Source: an uncultured Verrucomicrobiae bacterium
GTDB lineage: Bacteria; Verrucomicrobiota; Verrucomicrobiia; Chthoniobacterales; JAFAMB01
NCBI GenBank assembly: GCA_963837955.1
Contig: CAWIPH010000001.1
Location: 32,001 to 96,000 of the forward strand
Direction: 5' to 3'
Length of the DNA: 64,000 bases
Shown: positions 50,335 through 60,433 of the stretch, piece after piece
Layout of the letters: each line of letters opens with the position of its first letter
Numbering within the stretch: the stretch's first letter is position 1
Position numbers and translations under genes: made by a program
The notes under the pieces: generated by a model
What the model was told of the DNA's origin: nothing
What the model saw: the letters and a program-made list of their open reading frames with translations, nothing else
Database searches by the model: none

Positions 50335-53016
50335 CTATTCGCTTCGAATCGGATCAATAACCCTCGCCCGGACCAGGGAACCGGGGTACGCGATGACCAG
50401 TTCAACCAAAGCACCTCTGGCCCATTCCGGGTTGGCTCCCCCGCGATCGAAAAGAAAGTTGCCGATTGAATAAAAGACTGGGCGCCCGTGGACAATCTCA
50501 CGGTCGAGAACGTGATGTGGCCCCGAGCCGATCACGACATCGGCGCCCGCATCAATCCACAGGGAAGCTTTGGTCCGGCAAAGCGATTGATCGTTATCAG
50601 CATCCCAATGGCAAAGAACAATGCAAAATTCTCCCGCCCTTTTGGCTTGGGCGATGGCATCTGGAAGGTCGCTCGTGTCCCAAGGGCAGATGCCGGGACT
50701 GGTCGCGCTCGCGATGGGTGAACAAAAGCTTGGGTCCGCACAACCGAAAACTGCGAGTCGAATTCCGTTCCGATTGAATCGAGCCGGTGTCAAAGCGGAA
50801 CCGAGATTTGAGCCACCACCGATCGGCTTAACCCCTGCCTGATTGAGCGCAAAAATCGTCTGCTCAAAACCGGCCAAGCCGAAATCCCCGGTGTGATTGT
50901 TGGCGACGAGCATCCCGCTGAGGCCTGCCTTCACTAACAAATTCGGTGCTTCCACCGAAGCCCGAAACCGGTACGGCTTGGATACGGGTGGGAGACTTGA
51001 TGCGCACAGACTACACTCCAAGTTCGCCATCGCTAGGTCAGCCTGCCGAATCGTCGACTCCCAGGGTTGGAACAGGTCGACCCCATCCAGAATCTTCTGT
51101 TGGTTGGTCCGCCCAAGCATGACGTCTCCGCCCACCAAGGCCCGGATGGTGCCTTGAGCCTTAGGCACCGTTAGCACCGAGAACTGACGGCGGTTTTTTA
51201 CCAGATCTGCCAACGGCAGAATTTCGGGCCGTCCCTCGAGTTGGTGTACGACCAGGTCGCTCAGTCCCAAAGAGCCGGGTGTCTTCGAACTCCAGAGTGC
51301 AGCGACGTGATTGTCGAAAACGAAGATCACGCCATTGTGTTCGTCATCAGGCTGAAGATGAACTAACCCCTGAGAGTCGGCATGTGGTTCGTCGAGGTCG
51401 ACTCTCGCTAACAAACTCAGTCTAGGGATCAGGCGCCTGGCGTCTGACCACGGGATCTGCCAACCGGCTTGGCGCAGCCCATGGATAATGAAATTTGCGC
51501 AATCGCCGCCGAGCCCGACCTCCGGGCCGGTTGCCCCGGGGGCGGTGAGTTTGTTTCCGAAAAATATATAAGGGAGATTAAATTCTGCAGACAGGGTTTG
51601 CTGAAACCGGGAAACGACATCAGCAACACAGGTGATGCGCAATCGTTTTGAATCGAAGGTGCCCAAAGGAGTTTCAACCTGGACGAACAACTCAGCGACT
51701 CCGTAACCGGTTCTCTGGTCGAAAGCGCGGAGTAGATCTTGACCCTGCAAAATCGGCTCATTGGACAGGGGCACCTCGTCTCGATAAATCCAGTGAGGAG
51801 CTCCGTTCGCGAATCCCAACTCTTGATCGCTCGAGCTATAACTATCAAAGGTCGACCGAAGGCAGCTCCAGCGCACACTCTTGGCGTCCGGCGGGAGTAC
51901 CGCTTCCAGTCTCATACCACCGAGCTCCGAGCGTAAAACCGTCAGGGCATTATCGACTGCGCGATTATGAACACGGATTTCTGGTAAATCCCCTTTGAGA
52001 GAGGCCATAAACTCGCCCCATCGATCCGCTTGCTCCGTGATACTGATTCGATCAGAAAGGGAACGAAGCCGATTCTTGGTGCTTGCAGATAATTGATCCA
52101 AGACAAGTCCTGGAATCGGCAAGTTCGAGGCCTTTAACTGGATGGCTCGAGCTGATCTGTCCGGTCCAGTTGTTGCGAACGGTTCAAATTCAATATCGGC
52201 GTTAGCGACTCGACAGGAGTACTCAACCGCCAGTGCTAAAAGCCGATCGGCTTGTCGAGCGTCATGGAGGTAAGGCGTCGAGACAGAAAAAGTAACAGCA
52301 GCTAGGTGTTTGATGGAGAGCGCGAAAAGGAAGATCTCCCGGAATCGCGCCTCAAGATCGTCGTCTAGAGTATTGGCGAAATAATCGAGATCGATTGACA
52401 CAACAATCGGTTGGTCGCGCCGATCCAGTCCAGAGAGCTGGTTTTTCACACGAGCCAGGTCGGCAACGCTGTAACAATGAGAAACGTTCGGCTCAGAGCG
52501 TGGACAGACTTCCTCATGACCATCCAAGAAAACGCGAGACTCGTTTTGCAGTTGAAAGATTTGGGCCGGATTCAAATCCTTCGGCGGAATCCAAACCACC
52601 CGAGCGAAAGGAAGCGGCATGAGCGGTTCGATCCAGTTATAGCATTGGATTTTGCCCGATTCGCGCCAAGCGCGGATCAGATCGCTTTCCGAGTGCGGAT
52701 CGATCGTCGAACGCAGCGCCAACCTGATGGAGTCGGAATTGAAGATCGGTGAAGCATCCGAGTGAGCGTCGAACAAAAATAGCGTGTACGGCCGATCGAG
52801 ATCGAGCTGTTTGGCTAAGAAATAGAATGAACCTGCGTGCGAATCCTCAATATAAATCGGTAGCCTAGAATCATTCGCGAGGCCGTGATCGAGCCAGACG
52901 CTAATGAGAACAATGACTAACCAACGATAAAGCGAACCGTGATCTCGCTTTGTGCTGCCATGCAGGGGTTTCACAGATTGAAAGATGAGGATTCCAGTGG
53001 GGGCTATTGAATGCAC
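50335..53016 (-). CDS. Secreted multidomain protein: arginase/UPF0489-like + NlpC/P60-like + CapA (PGA_cap) domain
   Basis: FDAHSD and SIDLDYF; GGDCANF...HVAA; GGDVMLG, ANLE, ANNHTGDFG, YSIGNFLFD; start uncertain. Confidence 0.75.
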   Translation of the reverse strand: MHSIAPTGILIFQSVKPLHGSTKRDHGSLYRWLVIVLISVWLDHGLANDSRLPIYIEDSHAGSFYFLAKQLDLDRPYTLFLFDAHSDASPIFNSDSIRLALRSTIDPHSESDLIRAWRESGKIQCYNWIEPLMPLPFARVVWIPPKDLNPAQIFQLQNESRVFLDGHEEVCPRSEPNVSHCYSVADLARVKNQLSGLDRRDQPIVVSIDLDYFANTLDDDLEARFREIFLFALSIKHLAAVTFSVSTPYLHDARQADRLLALAVEYSCRVANADIEFEPFATTGPDRSARAIQLKASNLPIPGLVLDQLSASTKNRLRSLSDRISITEQADRWGEFMASLKGDLPEIRVHNRAVDNALTVLRSELGGMRLEAVLPPDAKSVRWSCLRSTFDSYSSSDQELGFANGAPHWIYRDEVPLSNEPILQGQDLLRAFDQRTGYGVAELFVQVETPLGTFDSKRLRITCVADVVSRFQQTLSAEFNLPYIFFGNKLTAPGATGPEVGLGGDCANFIIHGLRQAGWQIPWSDARRLIPRLSLLARVDLDEPHADSQGLVHLQPDDEHNGVIFVFDNHVAALWSSKTPGSLGLSDLVVHQLEGRPEILPLADLVKNRRQFSVLTVPKAQGTIRALVGGDVMLGRTNQQKILDGVDLFQPWESTIRQADLAMANLECSLCASSLPPVSKPYRFRASVEAPNLLVKAGLSGMLVANNHTGDFGLAGFEQTIFALNQAGVKPIGGGSNLGSALTPARFNRNGIRLAVFGCADPSFCSPIASATSPGICPWDTSDLPDAIAQAKRAGEFCIVLCHWDADNDQSLCRTKASLWIDAGADVVIGSGPHHVLDREIVHGRPVFYSIGNFLFDRGGANPEWARGALVELVIAYPGSLVRARVIDPIRSE

Positions 53017-53055
53017 CTGGATTCCAGATTCCGTGTTCTGACTCCCGGCTGTTAG

Positions 53056-54390
53056 TCACCTCACCTGTTGAATTCTTGGTGCCTTGATTAGATTCCGAAA
53101 CAGGCGGATCCGACTGACACAGGTATCCTGATACTTGGCTCCAGGATAGACATCTCGAATGGTTAGGCGAATGGTTCGAATTGTTTGGGTCGAATCAGGA
53201 AGTTTAATGTCGAATGGGCTCATCTGATCGGGTAACTGAACAGACATGGACTCGCCTCCATTCACACTGAGATCGAGCTTTTTGATCCGATTATTAGCTC
53301 GAAACAACGAATCCGAAGCTACCAGTCCATTCGAAATTTGGAGGGTATCAAGTTTGACCGGAACCGAAGCCGCAATTTCTAACCATTGGCCTTCTCCGTT
53401 TCCGGGCACCCCCTCCGACCAACAGCTATCGGCCGCAATTTCACCGCTAGACTTGTTTACGTTGTCTGGTTTGTAGTCACCACCCGCCAGCGTAGAAGAA
53501 GCCGTGACCTTGAAATCGGTTAGTTCGAACTTCCAATGCCCATCCGTAGATATGTATTGCCCACCTTCGACCTTGTCCTCTTCCTTCCCATATGCTGACG
53601 AGTAGGTCTTGATTTCGGGAGAGGTCTCGATGGCAATATCGTCAGCAAAAGTGGGCTTGAAGTCGGTGAAATCCCACGTCCAGGTATCGTTGGTCGGATG
53701 TTGAAATCGTCCAATTTTTCCGCCCCGGATCTTCACGTCTTCCGGATTCACGGAGATCGCGCGGATCAGCACATGGCCCTTAGCGATAGGGCCCTTCCAA
53801 ATTGCCGCCGTCGAAAAGAGATAAGTTAAAGTGTTGGGCGAAATATTCTCGGTATCCGATACGGTCTCTGTGTACTGACCGTACGGCGCGCGATAACTGA
53901 CGGTTAGTAGACGGTGCTGTTTCGCCGTAAAATCGAGTTGGAACGTATACCACCTTGGAATCTTTATATCGAGCTCCTGCTGGATTCCCTCGACTTTCGG
54001 CGCGTCGCCCGATTTCACGGTATGCCGCAAAGGTTTGCCGTCCGTTGCGATGGTAAAATCTGTGAAAGAGTCCGTTTTCGCTGAGCCTTCCTCCATATCC
54101 ATCTCGCTTCTTAACGCGACACACGGAAACGCTGCCAATACGGTAGTCTGATCTCCCGGATTGAAAAAATCATAGCGTACCCGGACGACCGCGGTTGTGG
54201 CGTAGAGATCTATCTCAAGATCCTCCGTTTGCATTTCGATTTTTTGCAGATTCGCAGGTACAAATTTGTTCTGATCGATCTCGCCCGAACTCGGATTGCC
54301 CTGGATATTGATCCCCGTGCTGTAGCCTCCGCCGTTTGCCAGACAGAGTGTTGACCACGCAACGGAGATTAGGATCGGGACAGCTTTCAT
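53056..54390 (-). CDS. Secreted DUF4424-like protein with C-terminal discoidin/NADase-type glycan-binding domain
   Basis: LANGG, YLFSTAAIWKGPI; TASSTL..YKPDNV..CWSEGVPGNGEGQWL..NNRIK..VYPGAKYQDTCVS. Confidence 0.7.
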   Translation of the reverse strand: MKAVPILISVAWSTLCLANGGGYSTGINIQGNPSSGEIDQNKFVPANLQKIEMQTEDLEIDLYATTAVVRVRYDFFNPGDQTTVLAAFPCVALRSEMDMEEGSAKTDSFTDFTIATDGKPLRHTVKSGDAPKVEGIQQELDIKIPRWYTFQLDFTAKQHRLLTVSYRAPYGQYTETVSDTENISPNTLTYLFSTAAIWKGPIAKGHVLIRAISVNPEDVKIRGGKIGRFQHPTNDTWTWDFTDFKPTFADDIAIETSPEIKTYSSAYGKEEDKVEGGQYISTDGHWKFELTDFKVTASSTLAGGDYKPDNVNKSSGEIAADSCWSEGVPGNGEGQWLEIAASVPVKLDTLQISNGLVASDSLFRANNRIKKLDLSVNGGESMSVQLPDQMSPFDIKLPDSTQTIRTIRLTIRDVYPGAKYQDTCVSRIRLFRNLIKAPRIQQVR

Positions 54391-54510
54391 CAGGGTTTCT
54401 GCTTAGCAGATCGGCCAGTCTCAAACAATCCAAAGAAAGCTCCGCTTCGATGCATCGCTATTAGGCCGGGGTTCGCACCTCTAGCACGAAGAATGATATA
54501 TCGTATAAGA

Positions 54511-56262
54511 ATGCGCACCTTGGTCCTGCTAGCGGGCATTCTGCTTCCGTTTCAATGCGCTCCGGCCAGCGAGATCGAATGGCAACCGTGGTCCGATTCG
54601 GTGTTCGCCAAGGCAAAACAGGAAGGCCGATTCGTATTGCTCGACCTCGGTACGGGTTGGTGCCACTGGTGCCACGTGATGGATGAAGTGACTTACCGGG
54701 ATCCTGCGGTAATCGAGCTCATCCGGAAACGCTACGTCGCTGTTCGCGTCGATGCCGATTCGCGTCCGGATTTATCAAATCGGTATGAGGACTATGGGTG
54801 GCCAGCTACTATCGTATTTGGCGGAGAGGGTGGAGAAATTGTGAAACGTCAGGGCTATATCCCACCCAAACCGATGGCATCGATGCTCCAGGCTATCATC
54901 GATGATCCCACGCCGGGACCGTCCATTTTACCGGAGCAGAAAATGGCTTCCTCGGCAGACGCCTTCTTGACGGACAATGCCCGCAAAAATCTGCGCCAGG
55001 TCTTGATCGACGCCTATGACCCAAAAAATAAAGGATGGGGAACGATCCAAAAGTTCCTGAACTGGGATGTCATCGAATACTGCATGGTCCAGGCCAAACA
55101 GGGAGACACAGAATTCGGGCAAATGGCGCGGGAAACGTTTGCCGCTCAGCTCAACCTGGTTGACCCAGTCTGGGGTGGAGTGTGCCAGTACTCCACCGAC
55201 GGAGACTGGAAACATCCGCATTTCGAAAAGATCATGCAGATGCAGGCCGAAAACCTACGCACTTATGCCGCAGCGTATGCGCTTTGGCGCGATCCGATAT
55301 ATCTGCAAACGGCTAAGAAAATTCGAAGCTATCTCAAGAATTTTCTCACTTCGCCGGACGGCGCGTTTTATGCCAGCCAAGATGCCGATCTAATTCCAGG
55401 TCAGCATTCGGCCGAATATTTTAAACTAAGCGATAGCGACCGCAGAAAACGTGGGATCCCAAAATTGGATCAACACATTTATTCGCGGGAAAACGGATGG
55501 GCTATCAACGCGTTGGCAACCCTCTACGCAGTAACCGGCGATGAGACTTACCTGGCCGATGCAATCCGGGCTGCTACTTGGATCGTCGCTCATCGCGCCT
55601 TCACAGATGGCGGCTTCCGTCACGATGAGGCGGGTCCCGGCGGTCCCTACCTCGGTGACACTTTATACATGGGGCGCGCGTTTCTAGCACTGTACGCCGC
55701 CACGGCCGATCGGGCGTGGCTTCAGCGAGCCGAACAAGCCGCTCAATTTATCTCCGCAAATTTCAACAACGAGATTGGGTTCGTCACGTCAGGGAATATT
55801 GGCGCGTTAAAATCGAATCCGCAGGTGGATGAGAACGCAGATTTGGTTCGTCTAGGGAACCTGCTCCATCATTATACCGGAAAAATGGCGTATCAGGAGA
55901 TGGCTCAACATGCCATGCAATATCTATCGGCACCCGCCGCTGCAGACGGCCGTGGTTTCCTGGTTGGAGGCATTCTGCTGGCGGATCTCGAGATTACTGC
56001 ACCTCCGCGGCACATCACGGTAGTCGGCCGAAAGGATGATGCCGCCGCCCGGGCGCTTTTCCTGACAGCTCTCCAAGATCCTTCGACCTACAAACGAATC
56101 GAGTGGTGGGACGAACGCGAAGGTGCCCTACCCAACAGCGACGTTGAATATCCGGCGCTGGAACAGGCCGCCGCATTTGTTTGCGGTGATAGAAGTTGCT
56201 CCGCCCCGATCTTTTCACCGGAAAAGCTATCCGGCTTGAGTCAAAAGAATATCCAACGCTGA
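54511..56262 (+). CDS. DUF255 thioredoxin-like / YyaL (SPATA20-like) protein
   Basis: IEWQPW, WCHWCHVM, RPDL, GWPAT, PHFEKI, FYASQDAD; signal peptide. Confidence 0.88.
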   Translation: MRTLVLLAGILLPFQCAPASEIEWQPWSDSVFAKAKQEGRFVLLDLGTGWCHWCHVMDEVTYRDPAVIELIRKRYVAVRVDADSRPDLSNRYEDYGWPATIVFGGEGGEIVKRQGYIPPKPMASMLQAIIDDPTPGPSILPEQKMASSADAFLTDNARKNLRQVLIDAYDPKNKGWGTIQKFLNWDVIEYCMVQAKQGDTEFGQMARETFAAQLNLVDPVWGGVCQYSTDGDWKHPHFEKIMQMQAENLRTYAAAYALWRDPIYLQTAKKIRSYLKNFLTSPDGAFYASQDADLIPGQHSAEYFKLSDSDRRKRGIPKLDQHIYSRENGWAINALATLYAVTGDETYLADAIRAATWIVAHRAFTDGGFRHDEAGPGGPYLGDTLYMGRAFLALYAATADRAWLQRAEQAAQFISANFNNEIGFVTSGNIGALKSNPQVDENADLVRLGNLLHHYTGKMAYQEMAQHAMQYLSAPAAADGRGFLVGGILLADLEITAPPRHITVVGRKDDAAARALFLTALQDPSTYKRIEWWDEREGALPNSDVEYPALEQAAAFVCGDRSCSAPIFSPEKLSGLSQKNIQR

Positions 56263-56406
56263 CCGAGGACGATAGTGCAGGCACTTGGAGAAGACTTTGG
56301 GCACACGCCGAGAGGATCCACAAGGCACCCAATGAAAGCAGTCCAGTCTTCCGCGGCCGCCCATGCGCGTCGACATAAGGCCGACGTTTGGTTCGCTGCC
56401 CCGGAG

Positions 56407-56516
56407 GGGAGGGATCGCGTCCTCGCGATCCGCGGCGCACGAGGATCCGACGTCGCGCTCAAGCATTCTACATCAGGCATCCGAAAGGCTATGTCGGACA
56501 GGCTGTGCGCCCTCCC
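56407..56516. repeat. GGGAGGG-family REP doublet carrying an insertion of about 58 bp
   Basis: First 39 bp identical to 28828-28866; resumes as GTGCGCCCTCCC at 56505. Confidence 0.75.
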
Positions 56517-56592
56517 CGCCCGGGGTTTTAACCCCGAGCAACCGGCGTTTTCGCTTGTTGGGACCTCCAGAGTGGGAGCATAATCGTGAGCT

Positions 56593-56976
56593 GTGTCCCG
56601 GGTAGTGCATTTCGAGCTTCACGCTGAGGACCCGGATCGAGCGATTCGATTCTACAAGACGCTCTTTGACTGGGAGTTTACCCGGTGGTCCGGACCGCAA
56701 GAATATTGGTTGATCAAAACCGGGCCTGATAGTCAACCGGGAATCAATGGCGGATTGATTCGACGGCGCGGTGTCATCGATGGCACCGCGGTGATCGGAT
56801 ATGTCTGTACCATTAACGTGGAATCGGTCGACGCGCTGGCCGCCGCTATCCCAAAAGAGGGTGGGACGATCGTGGTTCCGAAAATGGCTATACCTGGAAT
56901 CGGTTGGCTCGCGTATGCAAAGGACACGGAGGGGAACATCTTCGGGGTGATGCACTCGGACGCTGCAGCAAAATAG
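56593..56976 (+). CDS. VOC/glyoxalase family protein
   Basis: VVHFELHAEDPDRAIRFY, PGINGGL, DTEGNIFG. Confidence 0.9.
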   Translation: MSRVVHFELHAEDPDRAIRFYKTLFDWEFTRWSGPQEYWLIKTGPDSQPGINGGLIRRRGVIDGTAVIGYVCTINVESVDALAAAIPKEGGTIVVPKMAIPGIGWLAYAKDTEGNIFGVMHSDAAAK

Positions 56977-57098
56977 GTTGCCGGGTTGTCCGAACCCATA
57001 ACCAAAATTCTCTGTTCGCCGTCCTGACCCCGTTCGGCGACAGAGAACGGTGTATTGAGCTTGATTGGCACGAGCCGCTCTGGCAAATCGTATGACCG

Positions 57099-58061
57099 AT
57101 GCGGCTTTTTATAGCAATTAGCCTCGCAGTTTGGGTTTGGCTGGGATCGCTCGACCAAGTCGCGGATGCTCAGCAGAGCTTTGCTGTCACTCAGGCAATT
57201 TTGAGCTACAGCTTGCATCTGTTTGTACCGGTGTCGATTAATGGGACCAAACGCACGTGGTGGGTTGTCGACACTGGAGCACCGGGATCTCTTATCTCGC
57301 CCTTTTTGCAGCGAAGGTTGTCTCTCCCGGCGCCCCCGTCCGGATCTAACGCAAAGGCTACCGTGAAGATCCACGGGAAAGACTGCCCGGTTGTTCTTGC
57401 CCAAAGCGTCGATTTCAATGGTGCGGAACTTGGACCCGGTTATCTGCTCGTCGAGCAAATCGACAAAATCGCAGATGAAAGGAGCAGCGTCTTTCCCGGA
57501 GGGTTCGAGAAGGGCGGACTTCTCGGAATGAATTTTCTCCTGAAACATGGAGCGCTCATTAATTACAAGACGTACCAAATATTTTTTACCCGACAGGGCT
57601 CAAGCCTCCCGCTGTCTCACGAGGGGTACGAAAAAATGGGGTACACCTACATTCCGTTACGCATCACGCCAAGGGGGTATGTCGAAGTCGACGGAACGAT
57701 TGGCGGCTCGACCTACGGATTTCTCTTAGATACGGGCGCTTTCGTAAGCCAACTTGAACCCAAGATCCGGGAACGCAATCACCTCACATACAATTACACC
57801 GGCGCTATATTGTCGGCCCCTTACGCAGGGATCAAAAACGTCCGCTTGACGCAGGCGAAAGTTCCGGGCTTCAAAATTGGAAATCAAGATCTGAGCGATT
57901 TTCGAATCGGTTTTGCCGAATCTCATACTTTCGATCCCGGATTTTTGCACGAGTACGGCGGAGTCCTGGGACCTGACCTATTTCACTATCACGAAGCACT
58001 AATCGACCTAGGTAATCGCGCCCTATATCTCAAGCCCGACACCCGCAGTCATAAGCACTGA
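57099..58061 (+). CDS. Secreted tandem retropepsin-like aspartyl protease
   Basis: Two DTGA motifs (WVVDTGA, FLLDTGA), each followed by GLLG/GVLG. Confidence 0.85.
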   Translation: MRLFIAISLAVWVWLGSLDQVADAQQSFAVTQAILSYSLHLFVPVSINGTKRTWWVVDTGAPGSLISPFLQRRLSLPAPPSGSNAKATVKIHGKDCPVVLAQSVDFNGAELGPGYLLVEQIDKIADERSSVFPGGFEKGGLLGMNFLLKHGALINYKTYQIFFTRQGSSLPLSHEGYEKMGYTYIPLRITPRGYVEVDGTIGGSTYGFLLDTGAFVSQLEPKIRERNHLTYNYTGAILSAPYAGIKNVRLTQAKVPGFKIGNQDLSDFRIGFAESHTFDPGFLHEYGGVLGPDLFHYHEALIDLGNRALYLKPDTRSHKH

Positions 58062-58198
58062 GATCTTCTCCGGGCCAGAAAGACTGCCAATCTAAGTAAC
58101 GGAGTCGAAAAAAGGTTCAATTACGACGATTTTTTACTCCCGACGTTATTTACAAGAGCCGCAGGTTGCGCCAATTTCGGGCACCCCCGTCCGCAGCA

Positions 58199-58960
58199 AT
58201 GGTTGATAAAGGCGCTCAGCTCCCGGAACTATTCGATCAACACGGCAAAGCCGGTCTCCTTTATTCGGTTCGGACGAGCCGAAGAGCCAAGCGGGTGATT
58301 CTGCAGGTGACAGAATTTGGCCTGCTCCAGGTCGTCTTGCCTCGCGGGATGCGCCGCAGTTTGATCCCAGATGTTCTTAGAGAGCATCGCAAATGGATTG
58401 ACTTCGCGACGAGCCGAGCCAGGGCGCGCTTTCTAAGCCAACCCCTGGTGGAACGATTCAGTCCACCAACTGAAATCCGGCTTACCGCACTTGGAGAGAT
58501 CTGGACAGTTACGATAAGAAACTATTCCCACGCCAAGCCGGTCATCGAACAGCCCCAACCTTTCACACTCCGACTGGCCGGTGATCTTCGCGATCCGCTC
58601 ACGTGGTCGGGTCTTTTACGCTCCTGGTTGGCGCTGCGGGGAAAGCAAGTTTTGGTGCCATGGCTTTCCCAAGTAAGCGAGCAAACCGGCTTACGCTTCC
58701 GTAACGCCACTGTTCGAGTCCAACGGACGCGTTGGGGGAGCTGCTCGGTAAATCGCCATATCAGTCTAAATGGCCGGCTGCTTATGGTAGAACCAAAGAT
58801 CGCGGAGTACGTAATGATTCACGAGCTGTGTCATACGCGAGAGATGAATCATTCCCCGCGATTTTGGAATCTGGTAGAGCGTCACGAACCAGATTATCGG
58901 CGGCTGGACCGCGCCCTAACGATCGCTGCCCGCCAGATGCCTTGGTGGGCGAACTCTTAA
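58199..58960 (+). CDS. M48/YgjP (SprT-like) metal-dependent hydrolase
   Basis: QRTRWGSCS, YVMIHELCH, NHSPRFW. Confidence 0.9.
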   Translation: MVDKGAQLPELFDQHGKAGLLYSVRTSRRAKRVILQVTEFGLLQVVLPRGMRRSLIPDVLREHRKWIDFATSRARARFLSQPLVERFSPPTEIRLTALGEIWTVTIRNYSHAKPVIEQPQPFTLRLAGDLRDPLTWSGLLRSWLALRGKQVLVPWLSQVSEQTGLRFRNATVRVQRTRWGSCSVNRHISLNGRLLMVEPKIAEYVMIHELCHTREMNHSPRFWNLVERHEPDYRRLDRALTIAARQMPWWANS

Positions 58961-58981
58961 TAGCGAATAGCCGATGGCCAA

Positions 58982-59494
58982 TCACCGAACGCCCGGCTCG
59001 AGGGCGCCTCGCGGCCAGTTCGTAAACATCTTTTGTTCCGCCACGATATTCGGCGGAAAAATCACCGGGGGCTTCGATTCGATCAGTTCCGCTTTTCTCA
59101 AAACGAACTCCGGAAAGAATCTGCCGCTAGCCGCTTCATAAACATGATCGCCAGAAAAGTAACCGTACAAACGATACTCATAATTGTTGTCTGAACCGAT
59201 GGCGTTCCGCGCTCGATCCGGAGCAAGGGCTATTTTCTCGTTGAGCATCACGAGCTTCGCTCGATCCCAGCTTTCCCCAGGCGCTTTTACATATCCCCAG
59301 AAAAAGAAATATTGGCCAACTAGCCGGCGGCCAACAAAATAGTCACCCGGCTGTTCAGCCTTGGCGCGTTCTGCTGCTTCCGGACTGACCTGCAGACCGT
59401 TGCTGCTTGTCGGAGAAATTGTCTGACAACCGGCTGCCAGAAATGCAAAGAGGAGCGCTACAATTCTTGGATAGAACCTCGAGGTTTTGGTCAT
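58982..59494 (-). CDS. Putative lipoprotein
   Basis: Lipobox LAAGC; EQPGDYFVGRR, WGYVK, APDR, DNNYEYRL. Confidence 0.75.
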   Translation of the reverse strand: MTKTSRFYPRIVALLFAFLAAGCQTISPTSSNGLQVSPEAAERAKAEQPGDYFVGRRLVGQYFFFWGYVKAPGESWDRAKLVMLNEKIALAPDRARNAIGSDNNYEYRLYGYFSGDHVYEAASGRFFPEFVLRKAELIESKPPVIFPPNIVAEQKMFTNWPRGALEPGVR

Positions 59495-59544
59495 TTAATG
59501 GGCTTAGAGGGCGTTCGTCCGGCCGGGAGCGAGTTCAGCGACCG

Positions 59545-60264
59545 CTATCGGGCAACCCAACGTCCCCCGGGAGAACTCAAGACGGGTAGTTCATCCATCA
59601 TGTACTGGGTCTTCCCGATTGCGGCGGTCATCGGCGTTCCGGTTGCCTGGTGCCAAAGAGCAGCCATGCTCTGGCCCTCCAGGCTTTGTCCTTGGTAGCA
59701 ACCCCACGACTGAACATGCGCACTTCGCGCAAAAAGGCCCTTTTTCAACTTTGATCTAAGCTCATTCTTATGAAGCCACGCTTTAGAGGCACTTCCGATT
59801 TCGTTGCTGTAATCAAACATCATGCAGTCGCTGTTGGAGTGCCCAAAATAGTCGAATGAAATGATCTTGTAGGTTCGGCGGTCTTCGCCGCCATTCAGAT
59901 AATCACAGAGTTGATCGGCCGTACTAAACATCACCAGCTTTACTCCATACTTTGTCTGAACAGAACGAATGATGCTGAAAACGTCCTCGTGCTCCTGCGC
60001 TTGTCTGGCTTGGTAAGCTGGAGCGTAAAGCAACCAGGTTATCTGAATCTGGGGATCCAGAGTCTGCGTCAGTTGCTCGATTCGAATTCGACTGGCCCGA
60101 ACAAAATTCAACCACCAATGATCATGCGGCTCCAGTTTCGTTTTCTCCCATTTCCAGAGAGAGACGCCCCCGGTCACGACAATCGCTTCGCTGCCAGGTG
60201 CTGCTGCTGCGACCCGGCTGAACCAGAACGCCGTCGCTAGGATTACCAACCAAAGCTTTTGCAC
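59545..60264 (-). CDS. Secreted hypothetical protein, possible caspase-hemoglobinase-fold peptidase
   Basis: Signal peptide; FDYFGHS and SWGCYQG. Confidence 0.65.
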   Translation of the reverse strand: MQKLWLVILATAFWFSRVAAAAPGSEAIVVTGGVSLWKWEKTKLEPHDHWWLNFVRASRIRIEQLTQTLDPQIQITWLLYAPAYQARQAQEHEDVFSIIRSVQTKYGVKLVMFSTADQLCDYLNGGEDRRTYKIISFDYFGHSNSDCMMFDYSNEIGSASKAWLHKNELRSKLKKGLFARSAHVQSWGCYQGQSLEGQSMAALWHQATGTPMTAAIGKTQYMMDELPVLSSPGGRWVAR

Positions 60265-60433
60265 ACTATTGAGGTTCCCTTTCGCCGAAGACTAGAGGTT
60301 CAAAGAGGAAGTTAGAAGGTGAAAATTCGAGGCTTCACTGGTTGCTAGCTCGGGTTGGTTGCAGATGTCGGGGAACGCCCCTGGTCTCAACGACCGTTCG
60401 AGTCATAATGCTTTTCGCGCTAACATTTCGCAG

